Source: a virus (Duplodnaviria; Caudoviricetes). Taken from it: 64,000 bases of DNA. The position numbers and the translations under genes are program-made. The notes below the pieces were generated by a model that saw nothing but the letters and a program-made list of their open reading frames with translations, was not told the DNA's origin and made no database searches. Of the stretch, positions 1-9,542 are shown one piece after another; the stretch's first letter is position 1; every line of letters starts with the position of its first letter. The stretch lies in the IMG/VR virus record IMGVR_UViG_2939702853_000004, positions 1-64,000 of that record, one strand, 5' to 3'.

Positions 1-1287
1 TTAACCTTCTGTGAAGTCCTTGAGGGCATGACCATATTTTTCATATTCACCTCGCTGAACTTCTACCTCATAAATGACATCATTACCATCATACTCGGTC
101 AGGAGTACATCCCCGATCCGGTAAAGTACCGATGTCAGGTCCCCACGTTCCGCAGGAATGCGGAATCTCAGCGTATCTCCGCTCAGATGCTCCTGAATCA
201 GCTCACGAAGACGCAACAGATCACTTTCGTCGAATGAGCTGATTTTCAAATAGCCCTCGCCGGAAGGAAGCATTTCCAGTTGCTCAGGAGTACAAGCGTC
301 TTTTTTATTAAACAGTACGATCTGAGGCTTGTCCGCAGCCCCCAGTTGCTCCAAAATCGTTTCCACGACTTTCATCTGTTCGTCACGCATATCCGAAGAA
401 GCGTCTACCACATGCAAAATAAGATGGGCCTCATTAGCTTCCTCCAGAGTAGCGCGGAAAGAAGCAACCAAATCATGAGGCAGATTTTGAATAAAACCAA
501 CTGTATCTGTAAGAATAATCTCTTTGCCGCTCGGCAGTTCCATCGTTCTGGAGGTAGGGTCCAGTGTCGCAAACAGTTGGTTCTCAATATATACATCAGC
601 CGCCGTCAGTTGCTTTAACAGCGTTGATTTCCCCGCATTGGTGTAACCGACAAGCGCTACCTGCACAATACCACTCTTTTGTCTACGCTCTCTATGTAAA
701 TACCGATGACGGGTGACTTCTTCCAACTGACGCTTCAAATCGCTGATACGATCACGGATGTGACGGCGATCTGTCTCCAGCTTGCTTTCACCGGGACCAC
801 GTGTTCCGATACCGCCGCCGAGTCGCGACAGATTTTTGCCGTGTCCAGACAAACGGGGCAACAAATAGGACAGCTGTGCCAGCTCAACTTGAATAATACC
901 TTCCCGTGTTTTCGCACGTTGGGCAAAAATGTCCAGAATGAGCTGCGTACGGTCGATAATTTTGAGATCCAGACTTTCTTCCAGATTTCGCACCTGAGCC
1001 CCCGACAGTTCCTGATCAAAAATAGCCGTATTCGCTCCCAATTCCTGGGCAGCCGCACGCAGTTCTTCTACCTTACCTTTGCCGATAAACCATTTGGAAT
1101 CCTTTACTTCCTTGTTCTGGGTCAAAACGCTAAGCACTTCAACACCAGCCGTCTCAGCCAGCTTCACAAGTTCATTCAGAGAGTATTCTGTATTGATGCC
1201 AGAACGCTTGACTTCATCCGTAATTAGACTGACCAGTACTGCCTTATCCTGCATTTCGGTTTGTGTATCATAAGTGGAGTTCGCCAT
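1..1287 (-). CDS. hflX: GTPase HflX (host)
   Basis: Motifs GYTNAGKST, LFATLDPT, DTVGFI and NKKD, plus the HflX signature GGGIGTRGPGE. AAGGAG RBS precedes the ATG at 1287. Host-like GC content. Confidence 0.97.
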   Translation of the reverse strand: MANSTYDTQTEMQDKAVLVSLITDEVKRSGINTEYSLNELVKLAETAGVEVLSVLTQNKEVKDSKWFIGKGKVEELRAAAQELGANTAIFDQELSGAQVRNLEESLDLKIIDRTQLILDIFAQRAKTREGIIQVELAQLSYLLPRLSGHGKNLSRLGGGIGTRGPGESKLETDRRHIRDRISDLKRQLEEVTRHRYLHRERRQKSGIVQVALVGYTNAGKSTLLKQLTAADVYIENQLFATLDPTSRTMELPSGKEIILTDTVGFIQNLPHDLVASFRATLEEANEAHLILHVVDASSDMRDEQMKVVETILEQLGAADKPQIVLFNKKDACTPEQLEMLPSGEGYLKISSFDESDLLRLRELIQEHLSGDTLRFRIPAERGDLTSVLYRIGDVLLTEYDGNDVIYEVEVQRGEYEKYGHALKDFTEG

Positions 1288-1401
1288 ATTGTTTGCTCCT
1301 TTATTTTCCATGTTAACTCTCGCACAGAGACCGACCTGATATTCAGGCCGGCCCCCGTTTGATGTTATACAATTCGATGTGATTCAGATTTCTATTATCG
1401 C

Positions 1402-1803
1402 CTATCTTTTGTCCATTTTCAAATCCTCAGGACGCAGCGTCATCAGTTCCTGCTTTCCCGGCTGCCCGCTCCTGTATTGATTGAGCAGCCGGACAGCCTG
1501 ATGCCGAATCGCTTTTTCGATCACATTGCGGACATAACGCGCGTTGCTGAATGCATGAATACTGTCGTTGCGTTCATTCAACAGATGCTCTTTCATTTTG
1601 AGTATGGACTGGGGCATGAGAATATAATCCCGTTCTTTGGCCATCATTTCGGAAATTTGGATAAGCTGATCCACGGTATAGTCCGGAAAATCAAGCTGGA
1701 TGGGAAAACGGGAAGGCAAGCCTGGATTTGTACGCAAAAAGAAGTCCATCTCACCCGAGTATCCGGCAAGGATCAAAATAAATTGATTTTTCTGATCCTC
1801 CAT
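1402..1803 (-). pseudogene. spoVK: 3' half of host spoVK (AAA+ ATPase), interrupted by the prophage
   Basis: MEDQKNQFILILAGY...NPGLPSRF...FSNARYVRNVIEKAIRHQAVRLL is the C-terminal half of SpoVK. Walker A/B are missing. It lies upstream of hflX, as spoVK normally does. GC content drops right after 1805. Confidence 0.93.
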
Positions 1804-3463
1804 GGATTTGCCGAGAAATTGTGTTTAAGTGTGTATTTATCGATTCATTTCCTCCCCAATCAACAAAGTCTAAATGCAAATAGATGTTGATTTTATTGTC
1901 TTCTCCAAGTACAACCTTTTTAACAAACAATCGAGTAACGCTACGCTTAGTCTCCATATCTATATGGTCTTTATCAAGTAAATATTTAAAAGAACGTAAT
2001 GATTTTTGCACCAATTCAACATGATTTTGCTTATGCAATACCGATGATAAGTTTTGATCTATTGTTTTTAAATCTTCTTTTATATCTTTTGTCTGTACGT
2101 CAACCGCCGAAATCTTATCTTCCAAGTCTTTCATTTTAATTATTCCAGCGGCGTACATTTCAGTGTATCGTTCGCGCGTTGCCTCTTTTTCCTGCAAAGA
2201 CTTTTCTAGTTTCTTTTTTTGAGTAAGTAATTCATTAGAATTTGAATTTTCTGATTGTTGTTTAACTATACGCTCAAAAAAATCAGTTGGATTACTTATA
2301 ATATTTTTAACATATTCCCAAACAATCTTATCAACGTAATCGACTCTCCAATTACGACCTTTACAGATTGTATTGGGTAGTCCAGTTCCTACCTCAAAAG
2401 ATTTTATCGCTTTGTGTTGGCAAGTGTAATACTTCAAAATACCACTCTTAATTTTTGTCGTTATCCCTGATGAAACTGCTCCACCACATCTTCCACAACG
2501 ACAAATGCCACGCAGTAAATAATCGTCAGAGGGTCTACCAGATTTATGTTTGCTTAAGTTCTTAATTTTATTTTGGATTTTATTGTAAGTCTCGATTGTA
2601 ATATAGGACGGCACAGGAATACGTCTCCATTCCTCTCTTGGTTGTGGAACTTGTTTCTTTGTTCCATCAGCATTTCTTATCACCTTTGATTTACCAAAAT
2701 AAAAATTACCTGTGTAAGTTTCGTTTTTGAAAATTCTGCTTATTGTAGTCTGATACCATCTACTTCCTTTAGGAGCTGACACGTTACGTAAACACAATTC
2801 TTCAGCGATCCTCGAACAACTATAATCTTTATGTAGAAGCATATCTACCATTCTCAGAAAAATTTCTTTTTCCTCTGGATTTTCAATCAGTGTATCCAAT
2901 TCAGTGTCATAAGTATATCCATAAATTCTATTTAATCCGGGTATTAGCCCATTTTTAACCTTAGTAACTCTGCCACGCTTAGTATCTGCCAATATTTTAG
3001 CTTTATTATATTCGGCAATGGAACCCTGAATATTAAAGTTCAACATAGATTCAGGACTTGATTTGTCAAATTCAAACTCCACAAACCAAAAATCTTTGCC
3101 CATTCCCCAAATACGGTTAGAGAGCTGAGTCTGTAAATGCAGAAAACGACTCATTCTGTTTGGATGAAGGAATATCATATGATCTCCAATTCCATACTCT
3201 AGCAAAAACAAGGCATAATTAATCATTGGGCGATTAGGATTATCTCCACTTTCTCCGTCTTCTACTAAAACTACTACTTCGTCTTCATTTATGCCTTTTT
3301 GTTTAGCTAAATCCATGCATCGTTCAACTTGAGACTCTATTGAATAATTATCAACCTGTCCGTCAGTAGATACACGAGCATAAATAAGAGCCTTGATCTT
3401 TATGACCAAGGCTTCAAGCTCAGTTTTGGTGAATTTTTCTGATCCCGTTAAAGAAATGAGCAT
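1751..3463 (-). CDS. Large serine recombinase (prophage integrase)
   Basis: Catalytic YARVST motif, D-G-ESG, recombinase domain (YGY, W...TI..I..NETYTG), zinc ribbon CGRCG...YYTC, coiled coil. RBS AGGAGG. The ORF crosses the att junction. Confidence 0.96.
   Translation of the reverse strand: MLISLTGSEKFTKTELEALVIKIKALIYARVSTDGQVDNYSIESQVERCMDLAKQKGINEDEVVVLVEDGESGDNPNRPMINYALFLLEYGIGDHMIFLHPNRMSRFLHLQTQLSNRIWGMGKDFWFVEFEFDKSSPESMLNFNIQGSIAEYNKAKILADTKRGRVTKVKNGLIPGLNRIYGYTYDTELDTLIENPEEKEIFLRMVDMLLHKDYSCSRIAEELCLRNVSAPKGSRWYQTTISRIFKNETYTGNFYFGKSKVIRNADGTKKQVPQPREEWRRIPVPSYITIETYNKIQNKIKNLSKHKSGRPSDDYLLRGICRCGRCGGAVSSGITTKIKSGILKYYTCQHKAIKSFEVGTGLPNTICKGRNWRVDYVDKIVWEYVKNIISNPTDFFERIVKQQSENSNSNELLTQKKKLEKSLQEKEATRERYTEMYAAGIIKMKDLEDKISAVDVQTKDIKEDLKTIDQNLSSVLHKQNHVELVQKSLRSFKYLLDKDHIDMETKRSVTRLFVKKVVLGEDNKINIYLHLDFVDWGGNESINTHLNTISRQIHGGSEKSIYFDPCRILG
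1786..1819. other. Prophage attachment junction (attL or attR hybrid site)
   Basis: Host spoVK homology ends at the ATG at 1801-1803. Palindromic core TCCATGGA (1799-1806) is flanked by imperfect inverted arms (CAGAAAAAT vs CCGAGAAAT), as expected for a serine-integrase att site. Confidence 0.7.
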
Positions 3464-3754
3464 TTGACTCCTCCTGTATTTATTAATTATTTAATTATTT
3501 TTATGTATTTATTATATATCTTTTGGCACCAAATGAGAATACTTTTTCATTATATTTTCCAACCATATTGTAAATTCATTCTTTATTTCTTCGATTGGCT
3601 TAGTTTCCGCTTCGTCTACAATATGTACTACAACTTCAAAACTATTTATATTACTTCTTTTCATCTGCTAAGCTATCCTCTCTTGTTTTATTTATTGTTT
3701 TATTTGACCAGACAAAATATAAAAATATCTATAAAATACTACTTTTACGCACTC

Positions 3755-4327
3755 CTATTTCTTTGTCTGTTTATATTTGAAACATTTTCTTTCATCATCA
3801 ATTTCTTCTTGAACAAATCCCTCAGTTGCGGCTTTCAAAATCGAACAGTTTCTTTTATATCTGCTGCATGTTTTGCACTTTTCTAAAAATTTTATGTATG
3901 ATTTCTCGTTATCAAATATTCCTATGTACTCAACGGGTGTGAATGTAAGTTCAACTCTAGGGTTCTTCTTGTCATAAAGGATACGCTGTGTTCGAGTTAA
4001 CACTCTACTGTCGTTGTCATAAACAATCTTCTCTAGGGCATCATTGTTCAATTTATAAATATTATTATCATCTCTGCCCTTTCTGTTAAAATAAATTAGT
4101 GTGTCCATATAGAGATAATGTGTCTTTGTATACTCGTAATCCCAAGGCTGACTTTTTATTTGTTCTGAAGCCGCAACGGTAATTTGCTCTTTAACCTTCT
4201 CTCCTTCTTTGCTTAAAATTCTTTTTCCTGTAGGGACTCTTTTTCTGATTCTTACATCCCACACATATTGGTTTATGTATAAATCATTGATTGAAACAGG
4301 AAGAGGTAACGTTAAATTTAACTTCAT
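3755..4327 (-). CDS. RusA-family Holliday junction resolvase
   Basis: LPLPVSIN N-terminus, DDNNIYKLNNDAL...YDNDSRV acidic motif, NPRVEL, C-terminal Cys cluster. Confidence 0.8.
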   Translation of the reverse strand: MKLNLTLPLPVSINDLYINQYVWDVRIRKRVPTGKRILSKEGEKVKEQITVAASEQIKSQPWDYEYTKTHYLYMDTLIYFNRKGRDDNNIYKLNNDALEKIVYDNDSRVLTRTQRILYDKKNPRVELTFTPVEYIGIFDNEKSYIKFLEKCKTCSRYKRNCSILKAATEGFVQEEIDDERKCFKYKQTKK

Positions 4328-4839
4328 AGAAAACTCTCCATCGTTCTAATTCTACTGTCTATGTAATCAGTTTCTAACTTCACTAATTCATCATATTTTT
4401 CATCAACAATAAACCCTAACTTTTTATATATCTTAAGTCTGTTCAATGTGTGTGTTTTAAGCTCTTTAATCAACTCGATATTGTGTCCTACTAAATTCAA
4501 TACTATTCATCTCCTGCTACGATATTTTTTGCTCCATTAGCCTTCTTTAGACATTCATAATTTGTCGTGTACATTTAGTCCATCAAATAAGATTAGTATT
4601 TCATCTCCAGTTAATATAGATTTGTTGCACCCCGCACAAGTTGAAAAATCATCCACCTCCTTATCCTGTGCGTCAGAGAAAACGATATTTATGATGCTGA
4701 GTTTCGAATCTATCGAAACTATTTCTCATTATTGTTTTCCTTAAGCAGTTTGTTGAGGACGAAAGACACAATCTCCTTATATTCATCATCGCTAAGTTTT
4801 CTATTTAAGATAGACTCAATCTTTCGCTTATTCATTTTG

Positions 4840-7800
4840 TTATCCATGTAATTGCTCCTTATCTGTGTATTTTGAATAACCAGTAATCCATATATCCGTT
4901 TGGTCAGTCGGTTTAAATCCGCCATTTCCATCAGGAACTTGTCTAGTCTTCTTTTTATGGTTAGTTATTTCAATAAGATCACCTTTGTTAATTTTTAGAG
5001 TTGTATCTTTTGTGTTAAAAGTTTTTTTGTCCATCTTAAATATTCGCTCTTCTCCACGTCTTAGATTGTATAAGGTAAGCTTGGGAGAATATTTAGTGTC
5101 CAAGTCAGTTACAACACACCAACTCGCGTTTGCATTGGGATATTTTGCATCAGAATAACCTAACATTTCTTTTTGGAACATGACTATTTCATTTGGTAAC
5201 AGCTCTTGGATTTCATTATTTGATCTTAGTTCTGACTCTATTAGTCTTAATTCTTCCAATCTCTTATTTTTAGTTTTTTCAACATACGTCTTTTTGTATT
5301 GATTTTTACCACTAGAAAATTCATTATATATAGCCATCAATAAACCGTTGTTGCCATACTCAGAAAAGAAGTTTAGTTTAAGTAATATATCCAACTGCCT
5401 TGTATTTACTGAAGTTTTTTCAGTAACATCCACCAACAAATCTATAAAACTATCATATGTATTTTGGCTTAACTCCAATAATTCAGAAGCAATTTTTGCA
5501 TTCAAAAACTTAATTGATTCCAAGCCTTTATATATCGTGTTTTCTTTTTCATTGTAAGAATAATCTGCATTCGACTTACCGAACTTAATTGACGATACCT
5601 CTATACCTCTAGACTTAGCATATACAATTATTTGCCCAGTCTTATCGATATTATCGTTATTTATGTTCAACATGACTGTTAAAAAAGCTAAGGGATAATA
5701 ATATCTCAAATAACCGTTACCATAACCAATATGAGAGTATGGGTTTGAATGATTGTCGGAGAAACCATATCTCTGTGCATCGTCAATTACTTGTAAGAAT
5801 GGTTCGAGTACTGCCAAAGCTAAATCTTCAGTTTCTCCATAATCTTTTTGCATTTTTGCTATGAACCTTTTTCGTATTTCTGGTAGGAATTTTTCAGTGC
5901 CCTCTTTTTTACTAAGCCCTCGACGTACACTATCGCTTTCTGCCATCGTAAAATCACAAAACTCAACAAGAAAATTCATGATTTGTTCTTGATAAACTAG
6001 ATAACCAATTGTACTTTTCAGAAAACTATTCAACGCTTTATGTCCGTGATCTTTGAATACCCCATTCGCCAAAGCTTGCCTGTAAGAATCTCCAGATGGT
6101 CGAATTGCTCCATTTCCAATTGAAAATAATTCAATATAACTAAAGTTCGGATTCTGCTTCTTTATTTTATGTATTGTTTCAGGACTTAGTAAATCTTTGA
6201 GATATGCCTGAGCGGAATTGCTTTCCCATTGGAAAATACCAAGTCCAGATTCTCTTATTGAATTCCAGACACTCTCGTCATCAACATCCATATTGTCAGG
6301 AGTCAATCTATTTATTCCTGCTAATTTGCACGCTTCATTGATAATTTCATTATTATCTAGACCAAGTATATCTAATTTTACATAATTGAGACCGTCAAGT
6401 TCCTTCATATTAATTTGACTAACTGGATACTTACTCTCTTTTGTATAGCAAAGCCCAATATTGTCGTCTAAGCTAATCGGTGAAACTATATATCCAGAAG
6501 GGTGAGAACCAATACTTAGTATTACTCCTTGAACTAGATCGACGTATTTAAAAAGATCTGGATATCTTTCGATATATTTGGAATCAACCTTGTCCTTTTT
6601 ATCATCGTCCTTGTATACAGACTTTGCGATTTCATCCACTATTGAAAGCTCCATATTTAATGCTCTACCAATTTCTCTGATTGCCCCTTTTAATGCAACT
6701 GTATTAAAGGTTATAATTTCAGAGAAATAGATGCCGGGAATAGTTGCTACGTAGTCAATCACATCTTGTCTCTTAGAAGGAGGCCAATCTAGATCTATAT
6801 CGGCTAGTGAAATGCGCTCTGGATTCAGGAAACGAAAGAAATTTAGTTTATGCTTAATGCTATCCATCTCTGTAATCTTCAAAAGATAAGCAATCAAACT
6901 TCCGTTTACTGAACCTCGTCCATATCCTTGATATATCTCATTTTTGTGCGCCCAATCCACCACATCTTTTTGAAGCAACATATAATCAATTGCTCCAACT
7001 TTCTTATATGTATCAAACTCTTCTCTGATTCTTTCGAAGTAACTCCGTTTCTTTTCTGCATCAAACCTATTTATTCCTCTTTCAACTACACCTACATTTA
7101 TCTTCTCTTTAAAAACTTTCTCTGGATCGTGATACAATTTTGGGTATTTAGGAGACGAATCGATTTTAAACTCTTCAATCATATTAGCCATAACATTTGT
7201 ATTATGAATCGCTTCAAGATAAGCGCTTCGTGGCATTGAATTTTGTTCCTCAAACATTTTTACTAATTCAGGATAGGTCTTGAATGTTAAGTCGAACGCA
7301 TCTTCGTCTCCATAAGTTGCCCCTTTCGCCTTCATAAGAATAGTTCTAGCAGATGCATGAGCTTGATTAAGTGCATGTGTATCTGTTCCAGCAATAAGCG
7401 GAATTCCAGTCTCTTTAGAAATGTTGTATAGATGCTGATTAAACAGTTTTTGTTCTGGATGAGTATGATACTGAATTTCAAAGAACATTCGATTTTTACT
7501 TTTCACGAAGAAATCCATTAGTCGGTTATACATCTGTTTGTTGTCATTCTTAATTGCTCTCCATAGTGGTGATGCTAAACAGGCAGATGTCATAATGATA
7601 TTGTCTGAAGTGTTAAATAACTCATCGAATGTTAATCTAGGGTTATAATAATAATGTCCATCTTCTTTGTTGTTGGATGTAGACGTCAATCGATTCAGCT
7701 CTTTTACTCCGTCCCAATTTTTAGCTATAAGCATGTAATGGAAATTGTCTCGAATTAATCCTCGTTCTCTATCGTTGTGTTCAGTTAGATACACTTCATT

Positions 7801-8013
7801 GGCATGGATATATTTCATACCTTTTTCTTCAATCGATTGTTTCTTTTTTACCCAGTTAAATACGTTGCCATGCTCTGAAAAACAAATTGTACTCATCTGC
7901 GCTTGCTCTGCTGCATCTATGTATTGTTTGAATTTTGTAACTGAGTCCACAGCCATCGATGTCGATGGATTGCTATTATCAGAATGCAAATGATAAATCA
8001 CATAGTTATCTAT
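4840..8013 (-). CDS. dnaE: Phage DNA polymerase III alpha subunit (DnaE type); probable ATA start at 8013
   Basis: PHP domain (HLHSD, EHG, TDTH), GRGS, FFRFLNPER..ADIDLD, HPSG, KLDILGL, YQEQIM. RBS GAGGT is 8 nt before an in-frame ATA. Confidence 0.93.
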   Translation of the reverse strand: MDNYVIYHLHSDNSNPSTSMAVDSVTKFKQYIDAAEQAQMSTICFSEHGNVFNWVKKKQSIEEKGMKYIHANEVYLTEHNDRERGLIRDNFHYMLIAKNWDGVKELNRLTSTSNNKEDGHYYYNPRLTFDELFNTSDNIIMTSACLASPLWRAIKNDNKQMYNRLMDFFVKSKNRMFFEIQYHTHPEQKLFNQHLYNISKETGIPLIAGTDTHALNQAHASARTILMKAKGATYGDEDAFDLTFKTYPELVKMFEEQNSMPRSAYLEAIHNTNVMANMIEEFKIDSSPKYPKLYHDPEKVFKEKINVGVVERGINRFDAEKKRSYFERIREEFDTYKKVGAIDYMLLQKDVVDWAHKNEIYQGYGRGSVNGSLIAYLLKITEMDSIKHKLNFFRFLNPERISLADIDLDWPPSKRQDVIDYVATIPGIYFSEIITFNTVALKGAIREIGRALNMELSIVDEIAKSVYKDDDKKDKVDSKYIERYPDLFKYVDLVQGVILSIGSHPSGYIVSPISLDDNIGLCYTKESKYPVSQINMKELDGLNYVKLDILGLDNNEIINEACKLAGINRLTPDNMDVDDESVWNSIRESGLGIFQWESNSAQAYLKDLLSPETIHKIKKQNPNFSYIELFSIGNGAIRPSGDSYRQALANGVFKDHGHKALNSFLKSTIGYLVYQEQIMNFLVEFCDFTMAESDSVRRGLSKKEGTEKFLPEIRKRFIAKMQKDYGETEDLALAVLEPFLQVIDDAQRYGFSDNHSNPYSHIGYGNGYLRYYYPLAFLTVMLNINNDNIDKTGQIIVYAKSRGIEVSSIKFGKSNADYSYNEKENTIYKGLESIKFLNAKIASELLELSQNTYDSFIDLLVDVTEKTSVNTRQLDILLKLNFFSEYGNNGLLMAIYNEFSSGKNQYKKTYVEKTKNKRLEELRLIESELRSNNEIQELLPNEIVMFQKEMLGYSDAKYPNANASWCVVTDLDTKYSPKLTLYNLRRGEERIFKMDKKTFNTKDTTLKINKGDLIEITNHKKKTRQVPDGNGGFKPTDQTDIWITGYSKYTDKEQLHG

Positions 8014-8090
8014 AGTTGGTTACCTCGCTTTCCTTTTAAAATATTGATTTTATTTAGACCGAACTTGCTTAACTTCACCTCCTTCAGCCC

Positions 8091-8159
8091 GTTACTTCAT
8101 AGAGAATAATCGACTCAATTATATAATGAAGTACATATAATTATTCTCTATGAAGTAAC
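8091..8159. repeat. Perfect 20-bp inverted repeat between phage spoVK and dnaE
   Basis: GTTACTTCATAGAGAATAAT (8091-8110) and ATTATTCTCTATGAAGTAAC (8140-8159). Confidence 0.9.
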
Positions 8160-8170
8160 ACAGTGCTCAA

Positions 8171-9148
8171 TTATTGTGATATGAAAATTTCATTCTTATC
8201 AATGTCTTTAATTGAATCTGTTGATATGTCTCTTGGTAAAATATCCATTAAATTTTGTTTTGATATTTTGACACGTCTGCTCATTATCCTGACAGCCTGA
8301 TGCCGAATCGCTTTTTCGATCACATTGCGGACATAACGCGCGTTGCTGAAATTTAATCTACTGTCCTTTTCAATCTGAATTATTTCCTTTAACTTAATCA
8401 TTGCGTCAGTGGTGAGATTGTAATCTTTTTCAACTGCCATTTTAACAGCAATTAGCATTAGCTCGTCTGTTGTGTAGTCCTTAAAATCAATCTGAATTGG
8501 AAATCTAGACGGAAGGCCAGTATTTGTCTTAAGAAACATCCCCATTTCATCGGGATATCCAGCAAGTATTATTATCAAATCGTCACTTCTATCCTCCATT
8601 ACTTTTACAAGACAATCTATCGCCTCCTTTCCAAAATCCTTATCGCCACCTCTCGCCAAGCTATAAGCTTCATCAATGAAAAGAATTCCCCCCATTGCTT
8701 TTTTGACCAGATCTCGTGTCTTTTGAGCCGTGTGCCCAATGTATTCTCCAACTAAGTCTGCTCGTTCTACTTCAATTAAATGACCTTTACTCAGAATCCC
8801 CATCTTGTTTAATAATTTTGATGCTATTCTTGCTACTGTCGTTTTCCCCGTACCGGGATTCCCCTTGAAAATCATATGGTAAACTTGGTTGTTACTTTTT
8901 AAACCTTCTTCATTTCTTAGTTTCTGAACCTGTATTAGCGCATAAATTTCAAAAATAAGATCTTTTACCTTTTCAAGTCCAATCATTTCCTCTAGTCCTC
9001 GGAAAATGTCTGCTGCTGTTTCGTAATGATTACTGGTTAATGCGACTTCTTCGTTTTGATCAGATATTGCATCATAGGCATCTTGACTTTTAAATACAAC
9101 ATTAATTCGTGATTCATTAACAGTAATTTTTCTGGAGCTTTCATCCAC
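8171..9148 (-). CDS. spoVK: Phage-encoded full-length SpoVK-like AAA+ ATPase
   Basis: HMIFKGNPGTGKTTVAR, GHLIEVERADLVGEYIGHTAQKTRDLVKKAMGGILFIDEAYSLARGG, FSNARYVRNVIEKAIRHQAVR. RBS GAGGTG 6 nt before GTG at 9148. Confidence 0.93.
   Translation of the reverse strand: MDESSRKITVNESRINVVFKSQDAYDAISDQNEEVALTSNHYETAADIFRGLEEMIGLEKVKDLIFEIYALIQVQKLRNEEGLKSNNQVYHMIFKGNPGTGKTTVARIASKLLNKMGILSKGHLIEVERADLVGEYIGHTAQKTRDLVKKAMGGILFIDEAYSLARGGDKDFGKEAIDCLVKVMEDRSDDLIIILAGYPDEMGMFLKTNTGLPSRFPIQIDFKDYTTDELMLIAVKMAVEKDYNLTTDAMIKLKEIIQIEKDSRLNFSNARYVRNVIEKAIRHQAVRIMSRRVKISKQNLMDILPRDISTDSIKDIDKNEIFISQ
8291..8350. repeat. 60-bp exact direct repeat shared with the host spoVK fragment (1492-1551)
   Basis: gacagcctgatgccgaatcgctttttcgatcacattgcggacataacgcgcgttgctgaa is identical at both loci; the flanks diverge immediately. 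Confidence 0.95.
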
Positions 9149-9168
9149 AGTAATCACCTCGTTGAGAC

Positions 9169-9198
9169 AGTATATGCCTTTACGTGACTACAACATGC
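9169..9198 (-). promoter_or_regulatory. Putative sporulation (sigma-E-type) promoter of phage spoVK
   Basis: Minus strand GCATGTT-N15-CATATACT resembles the sigma-E consensus (kCATAtt-N15-CATAcanT), about 20 nt upstream of the start codon. Confidence 0.6.
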
Positions 9199-9254
9199 AA
9201 ATAAGTTTGTTCAAATAGTTAATCTGATTAATTATTTATTTGTTTTATGTATTT

Positions 9255-9270
9255 GTAGGCCGAAGCCTAC
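9255..9270 (-). terminator. C(UUCG)G hairpin directly after the parM/RHH operon
   Basis: GTAGGC-TTCG-GCCTAC; lacks a strong U tract. Confidence 0.45.
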
Positions 9271-9542
9271 TATAAACCTATAAATTCATCTAAACTTTTA
9301 TCAAGCGCTTCTTCCGATGAATCAATTAACTCGAATTCTCCTGTTGTTTCATCTGACATATCTAATTCAATTTGGCTACCCAAAATCTCAGGCTTTCTAC
9401 CTTTATGGCTAAATAAAAATTGTCTTAATGCTTCTCTGACAATATCGCTTTCATCATAGTAAACGGGCAATAGAGATAACGCCTTTCTTATATCATCATC
9501 TTTTTTGTCTCTCAGTCTAGCGCTAACTATTCTCTTCCCCAT
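9270..9542 (-). CDS. Ribbon-helix-helix DNA-binding protein (ParR-like adaptor)
   Basis: IVSARL...DDDIRKAL...SDIVREALRQF pattern, acidic tail, overlaps the parM stop. Confidence 0.65.
   Translation of the reverse strand: MGKRIVSARLRDKKDDDIRKALSLLPVYYDESDIVREALRQFLFSHKGRKPEILGSQIELDMSDETTGEFELIDSSEEALDKSLDEFIGL

Noticed and set aside
28-1890. Plus-strand and alternative-frame ORFs over hflX, spoVK and the integrase end
   Set aside because: Antisense or shadow frames of well-supported genes, with no motifs or RBS.
3464-3886. 140-aa plus-strand ORF
   Set aside because: Low-complexity F/Y/I/L translation of the AT-rich integrase leader; overlaps rusA antisense.
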